Assembly: GCA_964342815.1 (NCBI GenBank)
Contig: CAYFHS010000009.1
Location: forward strand, 1-64,000
Source of the DNA: an uncultured archaeon
Lineage (GTDB): Archaea > Thermoplasmatota > Penumbrarchaeia > JASLWR01
Length of the DNA stretch: 64,000 nucleotides
Direction: 5' to 3'
The position numbers and the translations under genes are program-made. This document shows positions 49,428 through 59,262 of the stretch, one piece after another. The notes below the pieces were generated by a model, which was not told the DNA's origin, ran no database searches, and worked only from the letters and a program-made list of their open reading frames with translations. Every line of letters begins with the position of its first letter. Positions within the stretch are counted from its first letter, which is position 1.

Positions 49428-52400
49428 GTGAGACGAGAATTCAGCCGCGACCGAAACGGAAGGATACCCTTCGCCTACGTTGCCATTGTGATCATGCTCC
49501 TGTCGGTAGGGGTAAGCTCCTTCATGCTGGGTCAGGATGAGGAATACAGTAAAGAGAAAACCAAAGAGTCTTCAAAGGTCACTTTCGGTTATCAGGATCT
49601 TTCTTCGCTAGATCTGGAAACGAAGGTATACTACATAATGCATGAAGTTCTGGGCGAAAGAATGACCGTCCCACTCGACAACGACACGAAAGAACTGGAT
49701 CTCATTGACGAGATGGTTAGAGATAGACTGAGCGATCTGATCTCGGAGGAATATCCCCGAACCGAAGGAATTTTCAATATTCATATTTTAGAATGGGATA
49801 TAAACGTCCTTCTCGATGAGATGAACACCTCCGCTCTCTTGAAGGAGACGAAATCGATAAAATGCGGAAGAACATACGTAATGGACAACAGTACTATCTC
49901 GGAATTGGAGACCGCTGCCCCGCCATTCGTTCAAGCCACATCGAAAGCAGTCTATTTCCGTCTGGTAGGCCACGCAAAATACAGAATACATAACATGGAT
50001 GAGGATATAACAATAGAGAAGTATTCCACCTTTAACAAGAACGTTTACTCACCCTTGCCTCTTATGAAGAACCTTGCTTTGAGATTCCAGAGCGATAGTT
50101 CTGGAGAATTCAGCTCCGTGGGCAGGATGATACGGTACATGATAACGACCCTGGCCCAGTACCGAGTATTATGCGGATATGCCGGGGGCGGATACGGTGG
50201 GCCTAATAATGGAAAAGAAATAACAGATGTGATCACGAAAAAGGACGTTGAGATCGCTGTAAACCTGGCACTATTGCTTACACAGGCGCGCTATTATAGA
50301 GATTTCGATAGGGAAACCGCAAGAGGACAGACTGCCAGTAATGATCCGGGCCGAGATATAGAAAAATTAATGGACAATTATGTTAACAACGGCTCAGTCG
50401 ATCCAGCGGATCTCATCGCTTTGTACACCGATCTCGAAAACCTAACGTTGGATCCGGGAAGAATATTTGCCCAATCCATATTTTCCTTTGCTGACCGGTT
50501 CGTGTGGGAACTGCTCGAGCTTTTCTGGGGTGAGGAATGGGATCCTGAAGGGGATGAGAATTGGGACAACGAGAAGTATTTCGACCCCACTCTCGACGAG
50601 CCAATAGTAGACTGGGAGGAAATCGAGGGGAAAAGCGATACGGAAAATTGGTGCAAGGATCGTTTGATGAAGTGGCTTGAGGTGTTCGGGAAATGGCTCG
50701 GTATCACGGAAACGGGGGATGAGAACGGGGAAATAGTGAAGATCGAGACACAACAGGAGGAGAGCGTCGTCATCAAGGACATATACGCGAGATATCGGCA
50801 TCCGCCCAATGCAGGAGACGTGGCAGGTACTCCCTCAGGGGCAGATCTCTGCAATGTTGCTATACCGCCCCCCGGTTATGGAGTACCGGATTATTATGTA
50901 ATGGGAACCGATGCCTATCATGTGGACGGTAGGTATTATCTTTTCGGTGACGCTACGGATAGCACATCGTCGAATAAGAGATGGTACGTCCGCTCTTACG
51001 TGAGACCAGAAGAATCGAGCCCAGGAGATACTACCGATGCAAGGCATCTCATTCTCGGCGAATCCCCAGGAGTTGGTGGGGATGAAGGACGGCCATATAC
51101 CTACAAGATGATATGCAGGGATGATTGGGGGAGCGGAGTTCCGGAGAAGACATATGAATACTATCTTGTGAAAGAGAGCCTCTTGGAGAAACACAAGGAC
51201 TACACCGAAGCGGGTCTATCCTATTACAACACTCTGAGATTTATCGTGGACGCATTGACCCGGAGCATGAAACAACAACCTTCAAACATAAATAACTTCA
51301 ATTCAAAGGGAATGACAGACTATGCTGCATACGTTACGGAAGTCCATTTTGAAGAAAGAGAAACCGATCTCTCGATAGATCCTAAGGATAGGAGATCGAT
51401 CCTCAGCGATGATCTCACCGACATCGTGCGCAAAGACGGAGGAGCTATCAGTGATGCCCTGGTGGATTTTGAAGATTTTGCGTCCCAAGAGAAAGAAAAT
51501 TGGTTCCGACAGGGGGCTTACCTGAATGATTCGGAGAATCCGGATGATTCGGGGGAATATTTCCTTTACGAATTGATCAGTGAGACCGTGGATCTCTGGT
51601 ATGAGATGCTGGTCAATCTCTATGACGGAGGATACCGTGAATTTGACGAGAACGGAGATTCCTCCTATGGCCCACAGGACGGACCTAATCATTGGAACAA
51701 CTACGAGCAAAATCCAAATTCCCAGTTGCCCGAGGAGCGGTTTCAAACGTCCTCTCATGAAACCGAATCCGGAAGTGACAAGCCCGCCGGAAGTTTCAAG
51801 TTTCGTAATGACGCTCTGAGGGACTGTTATTACAGGGTAATGGAGATAGTGAGGACAAGGGACGATGCCGTGGAGTTCTCCTTTTCGAACTGGGAGGATC
51901 TCGGGAGCAGTCATTGGATATGGACGGTAAAAGGGTCATGCGGTCAGGCAGGCATTCTATACGGTTGGATGCCTTCTGGCACTGGAATCGTGGCAGTACC
52001 TATACAGGACCAGCAGATGATTCCCAGGGAATCCTACGACGGAAGCGGCTCTGTGGAAGATCTCACACCGTCTGACGAACCCTGGAAAAATTCCTTACAA
52101 ACCTACGCCGAACCGATATGGGATATACTCAAAAACGGTAATAGCGGTCAAACGAATCTGGCCAATAATGACTTTGGTGAAGGTATCGCAGTTGCAGTCG
52201 GAAACATCGTAGGATGGAGCAGTTGGCCCGAAACGACCAACGAAGGACTTCTTGATGACGTTAAAGCGGAATTAATCGAGGGAAGCGGCGGTCAGGGGGG
52301 TCTTGACCAGTTGACAGATGAGGGAACATACGGTTCATCGGGAAACTCGTATGACTTCAACAGTGACTTCTACGATTTCGTAAAGAGAAATGTCGGTAGA

Positions 52401-54257
52401 GAATTCCTCCCTGAGAATGCACTTTGGGACCAGCTATCACAAGAGAACGGATGGCTGGCGCAGATCATCAAAACGGAAACCTTTGATCGTCTCCAAGACA
52501 ATCTCGACGTTTTCAATATTCCATTTACAAGTGCATCACGACTAAACGTCCCATGGGAGTTCTGGCACGGCGACCGCAATACCGCCATTCGGAACGGTTC
52601 GCTGTTTTCTGAAGAACTCGTAGTGGATCAAATCCCAGACAAACTAGCGGTGGATAGCGATCACCTGGATATTGAGATTAAAGTTCCCATTAACGGCACC
52701 CATTTCGTGGACGTTCAGGATCTTGAATTTCCAATGTCGAAGGACTGTTTTACGTCGGTATGGTTGGTCAATATTTCTGCTGACGTGAAATATAAAATTA
52801 GAAATTCCAGGTTATCCTCCATAGGTTTAAGTGACCACGATTATTTCTGGTACAACCATTCTGTGCAGCTTGACATCGATTTCCCGGTCCCCATCTATTC
52901 GGGATGGGACCTGGAATCGGGCTGGCAGACCGAGGATATCGATTACCGGATGACCAGGCGCTATTTCCAGAAAAGCAAAGAAGACACGCCAACCGATCCA
53001 TTCTTCGCTTCTAAGGCCCTCGTTGAAACCGTCGATGCATCCAGGGATGCTGCAGATTGGATGATGGATACGAAAACCGCTGCACAACATTTCATTGTGC
53101 ATTCACCAATGATGGGAACCAAAGAAAAAAGCAGTTTTTTGTCGTATATGACTAGGGCGATGACCAGGGCTGCGGACCCTCGAAGCGATGAAGAGGGATT
53201 GCTGGAAGCAGCAGCAGCCAACAATGATTATATCACTAATATATCCCAGAGCGCCACAAAACTCAATGATCTTGGACTCTCGGAAATGAAGATTAATTAT
53301 TTTGGTTACGACGCGGTGTATTATACTGCCACGAATACACTTGAGATCACCAGGGGGGTTGTGGATAGCGAAACGAATGATACGGGGTTAAAGTACTTAT
53401 TCAGATTCGACGGTGATATGACTTTTACAGGTAAATATAGGATAAGGAATCAGGCATTCTTTGATTACAGAATGGCAGGTTCACCGGCGGATTTTTCCAT
53501 TACAGGACAACTCTCACCTTACAACATGAGGGAAAATGGATTGGTCCATAATTTCAGCGTGGGCACTGGTGCTGATTTTCCGCTTAGATACAGTGCCGCA
53601 GCGCCTGTGGAAAATCTATTTTTACCCCTGCTTGGGACAAATGCTACAGTCCGGATCGGAATTATTTCGTCAATTCCCATACCTGAGGAACTTAAAAGTT
53701 CCATTGAGAACATAAAAAGATTCGAGCTGGAAGAACACAGGGGAGCAGCATTGATGGGGCAGTGTGAAAATTACATAAAATATTTTCTCGGAGTCCTGTA
53801 TAATAAACAAATCGACACTCTGAAAACAGGAAACCTATTTGGGATCACTTTCAATGTTACCCCAACAGCAGGCATCCAGGCCGGATATATAAATAAAACA
53901 TATGGTATCGATCTTACCGGTTTATCTACCAGTGAAAGCGAAAAGGTACTTCGGCTCTTCGTGAAACACCTGATTAATAACACTTTCTACTGCTTGAATT
54001 CGCTCATGGAGCCGGCCGTTTCACCCTCATTCTTCCTCAAGATGCCCTCAGAGGTAATGCCATACCTCGTTCATGAAATATATCATTGGGAAGACGGAGG
54101 AGATATCTGCTGGCAGGGCACCATAGCGCATACCATGACCACTACACCTTACGTTGGTTCGCCCGGGGATGCCGGGGATAGAACGTTTAGCGGTGGAAAA
54201 TTATACCCGAGCGGAGCGAGATATCTATTGAGGTATGAAATAAATGCTGGGAAATGA
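49428..54257 (+). CDS. Giant exported protein with a class III (pilin-like) signal-type N-terminus
   Basis: GGAGGT RBS, GTG start, DRNG-RIPFAYVAIVIMLLSVGVSSFML. 1609 aa, acidic, no C-terminal TM. Confidence 0.75.
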   Translation: MRREFSRDRNGRIPFAYVAIVIMLLSVGVSSFMLGQDEEYSKEKTKESSKVTFGYQDLSSLDLETKVYYIMHEVLGERMTVPLDNDTKELDLIDEMVRDRLSDLISEEYPRTEGIFNIHILEWDINVLLDEMNTSALLKETKSIKCGRTYVMDNSTISELETAAPPFVQATSKAVYFRLVGHAKYRIHNMDEDITIEKYSTFNKNVYSPLPLMKNLALRFQSDSSGEFSSVGRMIRYMITTLAQYRVLCGYAGGGYGGPNNGKEITDVITKKDVEIAVNLALLLTQARYYRDFDRETARGQTASNDPGRDIEKLMDNYVNNGSVDPADLIALYTDLENLTLDPGRIFAQSIFSFADRFVWELLELFWGEEWDPEGDENWDNEKYFDPTLDEPIVDWEEIEGKSDTENWCKDRLMKWLEVFGKWLGITETGDENGEIVKIETQQEESVVIKDIYARYRHPPNAGDVAGTPSGADLCNVAIPPPGYGVPDYYVMGTDAYHVDGRYYLFGDATDSTSSNKRWYVRSYVRPEESSPGDTTDARHLILGESPGVGGDEGRPYTYKMICRDDWGSGVPEKTYEYYLVKESLLEKHKDYTEAGLSYYNTLRFIVDALTRSMKQQPSNINNFNSKGMTDYAAYVTEVHFEERETDLSIDPKDRRSILSDDLTDIVRKDGGAISDALVDFEDFASQEKENWFRQGAYLNDSENPDDSGEYFLYELISETVDLWYEMLVNLYDGGYREFDENGDSSYGPQDGPNHWNNYEQNPNSQLPEERFQTSSHETESGSDKPAGSFKFRNDALRDCYYRVMEIVRTRDDAVEFSFSNWEDLGSSHWIWTVKGSCGQAGILYGWMPSGTGIVAVPIQDQQMIPRESYDGSGSVEDLTPSDEPWKNSLQTYAEPIWDILKNGNSGQTNLANNDFGEGIAVAVGNIVGWSSWPETTNEGLLDDVKAELIEGSGGQGGLDQLTDEGTYGSSGNSYDFNSDFYDFVKRNVGREFLPENALWDQLSQENGWLAQIIKTETFDRLQDNLDVFNIPFTSASRLNVPWEFWHGDRNTAIRNGSLFSEELVVDQIPDKLAVDSDHLDIEIKVPINGTHFVDVQDLEFPMSKDCFTSVWLVNISADVKYKIRNSRLSSIGLSDHDYFWYNHSVQLDIDFPVPIYSGWDLESGWQTEDIDYRMTRRYFQKSKEDTPTDPFFASKALVETVDASRDAADWMMDTKTAAQHFIVHSPMMGTKEKSSFLSYMTRAMTRAADPRSDEEGLLEAAAANNDYITNISQSATKLNDLGLSEMKINYFGYDAVYYTATNTLEITRGVVDSETNDTGLKYLFRFDGDMTFTGKYRIRNQAFFDYRMAGSPADFSITGQLSPYNMRENGLVHNFSVGTGADFPLRYSAAAPVENLFLPLLGTNATVRIGIISSIPIPEELKSSIENIKRFELEEHRGAALMGQCENYIKYFLGVLYNKQIDTLKTGNLFGITFNVTPTAGIQAGYINKTYGIDLTGLSTSESEKVLRLFVKHLINNTFYCLNSLMEPAVSPSFFLKMPSEVMPYLVHEIYHWEDGGDICWQGTIAHTMTTTPYVGSPGDAGDRTFSGGKLYPSGARYLLRYEINAGK

Positions 54258-54538
54258 ATTGATTTCTGTAATTCCATTATCGTGGAATAGACCTCATCCT
54301 TTGGTATTATCCATAATAATTTGGGTGTTTGTAAAATACGCGAAATAAAATTGAATTATTCGTTCCCTGATGGCCATTTTCGAGCGTATTATTCTCTCTT
54401 TGCACTCATTATAAAATCCTTTAACAAGAGAAAATAATGTCCATTTGTCTTCATTTGCACGCCAGTATTTTATAACTCCAATTGCTGCTAAAGATTTCAG
54501 CACCCTTGCAGTGCGCCGATTGCCTCAATGGAAACTTG

Positions 54539-54661
54539 AGGACATATTGTCAATGGTACGAAACTTGATTTAATCGAGTTTCGTAGCTTGACAATGTTTG
54601 CGGTATCGCCCGAAGGTGCTGATACCGCTGAATATGTTCTATAACAAGTTGCTGCTTGTTA
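54539..54661. other. Multi-hairpin structured element (candidate ncRNA, REP-like or attC-like site)
   Basis: Four sets of inverted repeats: 54539-48/54631-40, 54546-69/54573-95, 54600-07/54621-28, 54642-48/54655-61. Confidence 0.55.
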
Positions 54662-55188
54662 GCAAAACCGTCGAAATGAAAAACCAATCTATGAAGCAAT
54701 AATTTTGATTCGTCCTTTCGTATTTTTTCCGGATATTTTCTTTCGATGACTCGATATAGTTTTCGATACTCTTATCTTTTCTGTATAACCTTTCGTTTTT
54801 TCATTAGATCAATCCCGTTTTTTGTTTCAGGTCAAGGGTAATGGAAATCCCTCAACAAATGGACAAATGTTCACAGAGTATATAATGGTAAACAGGGGGG
54901 AGGGGGGTGAGTGAAAGTAAAATTATTTCGGTACTGGCCATGAAAAAAATTAGTGAAAGTAAAATAGAATTTGGAGAAATCTGGTACTAGAAATTTGGAT
55001 AATTTGTTAATTTGTCCCTATAACATATAACAGATCGAATAGAGGACATTTGTTCATACCAATAATCAACATTTGTTGGTAAAAATAGTTAACATACATC
55101 GGCAAAAGAAATAACATTTGTCGTTAGAAATCGATACCCTTTTTGCGAAATAGGCAGGTTGATGAAGAAATATCCCTAATAAGCACAC

Positions 55189-55205
55189 AAAAAAACAAAA
55201 AAAAA
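55189..55205 (-). terminator. Archaeal oligo-U terminator
   Basis: T9-G-T7 on the minus strand immediately after the stop at 55206. Confidence 0.6.
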
Positions 55206-56030
55206 TTATCCAAGTTCAAGAATTAGTTCAATTTCGCTATCGAGCGAGATATTAAGTTTTTTTGCGGCGTTTCCGTTCCTTACGGCGATCTCCACCTCAC
55301 CCGAAGATGAATCCGTTATCAATAAATCACCATCTGCTACCTCGAAATATGCTTCCTTCCTGGATATCTGGACATTGCACCCGAAAGTATGAAGGGATAA
55401 GTTATTTGGGTGGTTTTTGTCTATGATCTCATGGAGAATTTCGCATTTCAATGAACTTATTATATTACCGAACCTGTCAATATGAAGCGGCTTGAATTTT
55501 AATCGGACAAGTCGCTCATCGGTTGTAATATCAACACCATACAGCTCCAGTTTCTCGATTCCATCCAATACCGGACCAATCTCGGCTATTGGTAAACCGT
55601 TCAATATCATTGCTGCGGCCCTTGCGAAAACATCCCTACCGTGAAATACTTTCGAAATTCCTTCATGGATTACGGATTCGTGAGCTATCTCGTATATAAC
55701 GTCAATGCCCGACATTTCGGCTGCTGGATAGAGGACGCCGTTATCAGGCCCAATGAATATTCCGGCGTCAGTAAGGATGCAAAGCGGTTTCCTCGACGAT
55801 CCAACGGTTGGGTCAACAATGCATAAATGAACCGGTTTTTGTTTTGTCGGGAACCATTGAACACTAGATCTTAAAATATAAGCACCTTCGTAAATGTTCT
55901 GTGGAGATACATTATGAGAAATATCTATAAGCGTGAGGTCTGGGATCTCAGTTAGAAGTACTCCCTTCATTTGTGCTACGTAATGGCTTTCTCCAAAATC
56001 CGTTGTCAATGTCAAAATCTTTCCTGACAT
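55206..56030 (-). CDS. SAM hydroxide adenosyltransferase (chlorinase/fluorinase DUF62 family)
   Basis: LTLTTDFG, LIDISH, IVDPTVGSSR, GPDNGVL, FHGRDVFA, HIDRFGNII, EIAVRNGNAA. Confidence 0.92.
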   Translation of the reverse strand: MSGKILTLTTDFGESHYVAQMKGVLLTEIPDLTLIDISHNVSPQNIYEGAYILRSSVQWFPTKQKPVHLCIVDPTVGSSRKPLCILTDAGIFIGPDNGVLYPAAEMSGIDVIYEIAHESVIHEGISKVFHGRDVFARAAAMILNGLPIAEIGPVLDGIEKLELYGVDITTDERLVRLKFKPLHIDRFGNIISSLKCEILHEIIDKNHPNNLSLHTFGCNVQISRKEAYFEVADGDLLITDSSSGEVEIAVRNGNAAKKLNISLDSEIELILELG

Positions 56031-56036
56031 GCAAAT

Positions 56037-56435
56037 TCACACATTTTCTCTAAAACATATTAAACCGTTGCTTTCCATGTTTGTAAGAAATGCAGCGATC
56101 CTAGGAATTAACTGATTGTGGGGTTTTTCGGATTCTTCTCTGATAATATCCCCTATGGTCCTGACATTCTTTTTCCCGTCAATAAGTCGAAAAATATTTG
56201 TCCCTTGTTGATCGAGATATATCCTGAAATAATTATCTTTTCCAAGCATACGCATGAAAAATTTCTGATATCGATTTGGATCCCCTGCGAACCTCTTCTT
56301 TCTTATGACACACCGTCCGGTGGATTTTGAAACGTACCATCGACAGGTCCTGAACGGTATCATATTCAATAAGTTATTGTCGAGCTGACTTTCGCAGGCG
56401 GTCATTATACCATTTCCGAGAAATAAAAAGATCAA
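56037..56435 (-). CDS. PqqD-family (RRE-like winged-helix) protein
   Basis: IYLDQQGTNIFRLIDGKKNVRTIG...IAAFLTNMESNGLI. True start is probably the internal Met near 56405. Confidence 0.75.
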   Translation of the reverse strand: MIFLFLGNGIMTACESQLDNNLLNMIPFRTCRWYVSKSTGRCVIRKKRFAGDPNRYQKFFMRMLGKDNYFRIYLDQQGTNIFRLIDGKKNVRTIGDIIREESEKPHNQLIPRIAAFLTNMESNGLICFRENV

Positions 56436-58438
56436 TCAGTCTCTTCCTTTGAGTATTCTACAATATCCTTCGATTGAAGAGGTTTTCTCACAACGAAATA
56501 CCATATTAGAAAACCCAAGTAGACGAAAACTAGAAATCCGGGCCACGATACGGGGTCCGAAAATATAGCGGGTTTGACATTCAATATATAAAGAAGCGCA
56601 ATAATGACACCAGCAATGGCCTCGCCTGCTATGAGACCCGAACTGACCAATATACCATGATTCTCGGTCTTTTCCAGAATCCTCTCGACAATACCTTTTT
56701 TCTTCTCATTGTCCAATCCTTGAACTCGTTCAACTCTTTTTGTAATGGTTATCCCCGTCAGATGTTTTATTATCCCTCCAAGCATTATGGGTAGTGTCAA
56801 TGTAAACGGTAGATAAATACCTATTGCAACCGCCATTACACTGAGATCTAGAGCGATAAGGATTATGGCGATGACAACACCAATAAAGAACATTAAATAG
56901 TTCAGATCCCACTGAAACACCCCTTTGGCTATGGTGGCCATAACAGTTGCCTGGGGCGCAAGAAGGTTTGCGCTCCCGATGCTGTAAACATCATCCAGCA
57001 TGAATACTACGAACGGTACAACAAAGGCTGCAACGGCAACACCCAGGAAACGTGCAATTTGAAGATTGTACGGAGTGGCTCCAAGCAGTTGACCGGTCTT
57101 CAATTCCTGCATGGAATCTCCAGCAATCGCAGCGCTGACACATACCACTGCACCCACAATTATTGTGGCTGTCATACCCACGTATTTATCGACCGGGAGT
57201 AACATAAGCACAATTGCCGTAAAGAGTAGCGTGGCAACTGTAACCCCCGAAATGGGATTATTTGAGGAACCCACCACTCCTGCCAAGTATCCGGCTATGG
57301 CAGTAAAAACAAAGGTGGCACCGAACATCATGATGGTTGCAACAACCGTTGCAAGTATATTTTCGGTTGCAATGAAATATACGATTCCAACGATTATCGA
57401 AATGACCCCAAAATACCATAGTTTCATCCTAAAATCCCTTTCCGTCCGAATAATATCCTCGTCCCCTCCCTTGGATGTGGTACTCCTTATGGCTTCCCCA
57501 ACACCTTTTGCTATAGCTTTCCGCATCTTGATCAGGGTCCAAATGCCTCCTGTTACTATTGCCCCGACACCCACGTACAGCGTGTTCTCGAACCACACCT
57601 GCCAGACCGATCCCAGTGATCCACCTCCGTTTAGCTCGTAATATAGCCCTTCCACGGGCCATCCTGAAACGGCTCCTACAAGTGGGAGCATTAATATCCA
57701 ACCGATAACACCGCCCAGGAAAACGAGGCTTGAAATCTTTAGACCCAGGATATATCCCACACCCAGCAGGGCCGGTGAAAGGTTCAAACCCCCATACATC
57801 CGCACCTTACCGCCGCCAAGTACACCTTCCATTTTCTCCTTCCAGAGACTGAAACCGAATGGCGAGCCAATATATTTGAAAAGGGCGCCCATTCCAAGAG
57901 CCCCAAATACTATCTTCATTCCTGATCCGCCCTTCTCACAGCTTTTCAGAACTTCGGCGGACGCCACTCCTTCAGGGAAGGGAAGGGCAAGATCCTTTAT
58001 TAAAACGTTTCTCAGAGGTATTGTGAACAGTACCCCGAGAAGTCCACCCATCAATGCAATTACTATTGTAAGAAGAATATAATAACCACCGCTCCCCCAC
58101 AGGTCAGCCCATCCAGCCAATCCACCAGTCATTCGGTGTAATACAACGAGACCGGGAATCGTGAATATCACACCTGCTGCGAGAGATTCACCGGCAACGG
58201 CCACGCATTTAGATAGATTAATTTCGAGTATATTTGCCTTCATGGGTTTGAGTACGGCCAATCCCATTACAACAGCTGGGATGGTGGCTGAAACTGTCAT
58301 TCCGGCGTAAAGACCCAGATAAGCATTTGCCGCAGCCATGAGTATGGTCAACAACACACCCACCAATAAAGCCCTGAATGTCAATTCAGGCAGCACCGTA
58401 TTGTGCTTGATATATGGAATAAAATCATCTTTTGACAT
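56432..58438 (-). CDS. OPT-family oligopeptide transporter
   Basis: ELTFRALL, YLGLYAGMTVSATIP, LPFPEG, GSSNNPISG, MQELKTGQLLGATP, APQA, SGLIAGE. Confidence 0.93.
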   Translation of the reverse strand: MSKDDFIPYIKHNTVLPELTFRALLVGVLLTILMAAANAYLGLYAGMTVSATIPAVVMGLAVLKPMKANILEINLSKCVAVAGESLAAGVIFTIPGLVVLHRMTGGLAGWADLWGSGGYYILLTIVIALMGGLLGVLFTIPLRNVLIKDLALPFPEGVASAEVLKSCEKGGSGMKIVFGALGMGALFKYIGSPFGFSLWKEKMEGVLGGGKVRMYGGLNLSPALLGVGYILGLKISSLVFLGGVIGWILMLPLVGAVSGWPVEGLYYELNGGGSLGSVWQVWFENTLYVGVGAIVTGGIWTLIKMRKAIAKGVGEAIRSTTSKGGDEDIIRTERDFRMKLWYFGVISIIVGIVYFIATENILATVVATIMMFGATFVFTAIAGYLAGVVGSSNNPISGVTVATLLFTAIVLMLLPVDKYVGMTATIIVGAVVCVSAAIAGDSMQELKTGQLLGATPYNLQIARFLGVAVAAFVVPFVVFMLDDVYSIGSANLLAPQATVMATIAKGVFQWDLNYLMFFIGVVIAIILIALDLSVMAVAIGIYLPFTLTLPIMLGGIIKHLTGITITKRVERVQGLDNEKKKGIVERILEKTENHGILVSSGLIAGEAIAGVIIALLYILNVKPAIFSDPVSWPGFLVFVYLGFLIWYFVVRKPLQSKDIVEYSKEETD

Positions 58439-58450
58439 TCGTACCCCTTC

Positions 58451-59044
58451 TTAGGCCGTGTAATATTCATAGGATATCTCAAGAGTAAATTCATTCCCCG
58501 TGTCTTCGAAAGTACGAATCCCAAATAGGCTTGGTATTATAGGTTCATGATCTCCGGCGTCTACCGAAATAATGATATTCCATTCACCCGTACCGTTTAA
58601 AAATGGAAACTCCGTGGGAGGATTGGCCATATCGAAAAGAGTAATTAGACATTGGGCAATACCAACTCCTCCGTAAGCATTCTTCTCTTTTGATTCATCC
58701 GTATACGAACCATCCGGGCTCTCAACCATAATTGAGAAAGTATCAGGTTCATTGGTGTGCCTTATGTCCGCATCGGCTTCGTCCGACCATGTTAATATGA
58801 AAGAAATGGCCATAACATTCGCTTCGTCCACAATCGATTGATATGTGGATTCACGTCCTTCGTCCACCCGCTCATTAATCACCATGGGCTCACTTTCTCT
58901 TCGGTCCAAATTCGAAAAGTCAAAAGGTTGTTCCTCAAGTACCGAATAACGTTCAATGTTCTCCCCGAAAATAAGAGAGCCGACGATAGCAATCAGGAAA
59001 ATGATTATTCCAAGAAGGAGTACTTTTTTATCATCCGAAGCCAT
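58451..59044 (-). CDS. Hypothetical membrane-anchored exported protein
   Basis: N-terminal TM followed by an acidic beta-rich domain. In an operon-like arrangement with the OPT gene. Confidence 0.75.
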   Translation of the reverse strand: MASDDKKVLLLGIIIFLIAIVGSLIFGENIERYSVLEEQPFDFSNLDRRESEPMVINERVDEGRESTYQSIVDEANVMAISFILTWSDEADADIRHTNEPDTFSIMVESPDGSYTDESKEKNAYGGVGIAQCLITLFDMANPPTEFPFLNGTGEWNIIISVDAGDHEPIIPSLFGIRTFEDTGNEFTLEISYEYYTA

Positions 59045-59262
59045 GTGAGTAACCCTCGCCCAATAATATTTTTATTCTTTTATAATTTTTCCATCTCGTC
59101 TCTCTCGAAAAAAATTTTATATAATGTCTTTTAATTTCATCATTGTAACATTTGAGGGTATACTATTTAATAAATTATACCAGAGTCCCCGGATTTATTG
59201 GTATATTGCCCTACACAAGCTCGTTCCTTTAGCCTAGAATATCGAAAATATATGGTTTTTTC

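Noticed and set aside
54294-54503. 69-aa minus-strand ORF in the convergent gap
   Set aside because: No recognisable motif or RBS. It could be a cassette remnant but cannot be supported as a gene.
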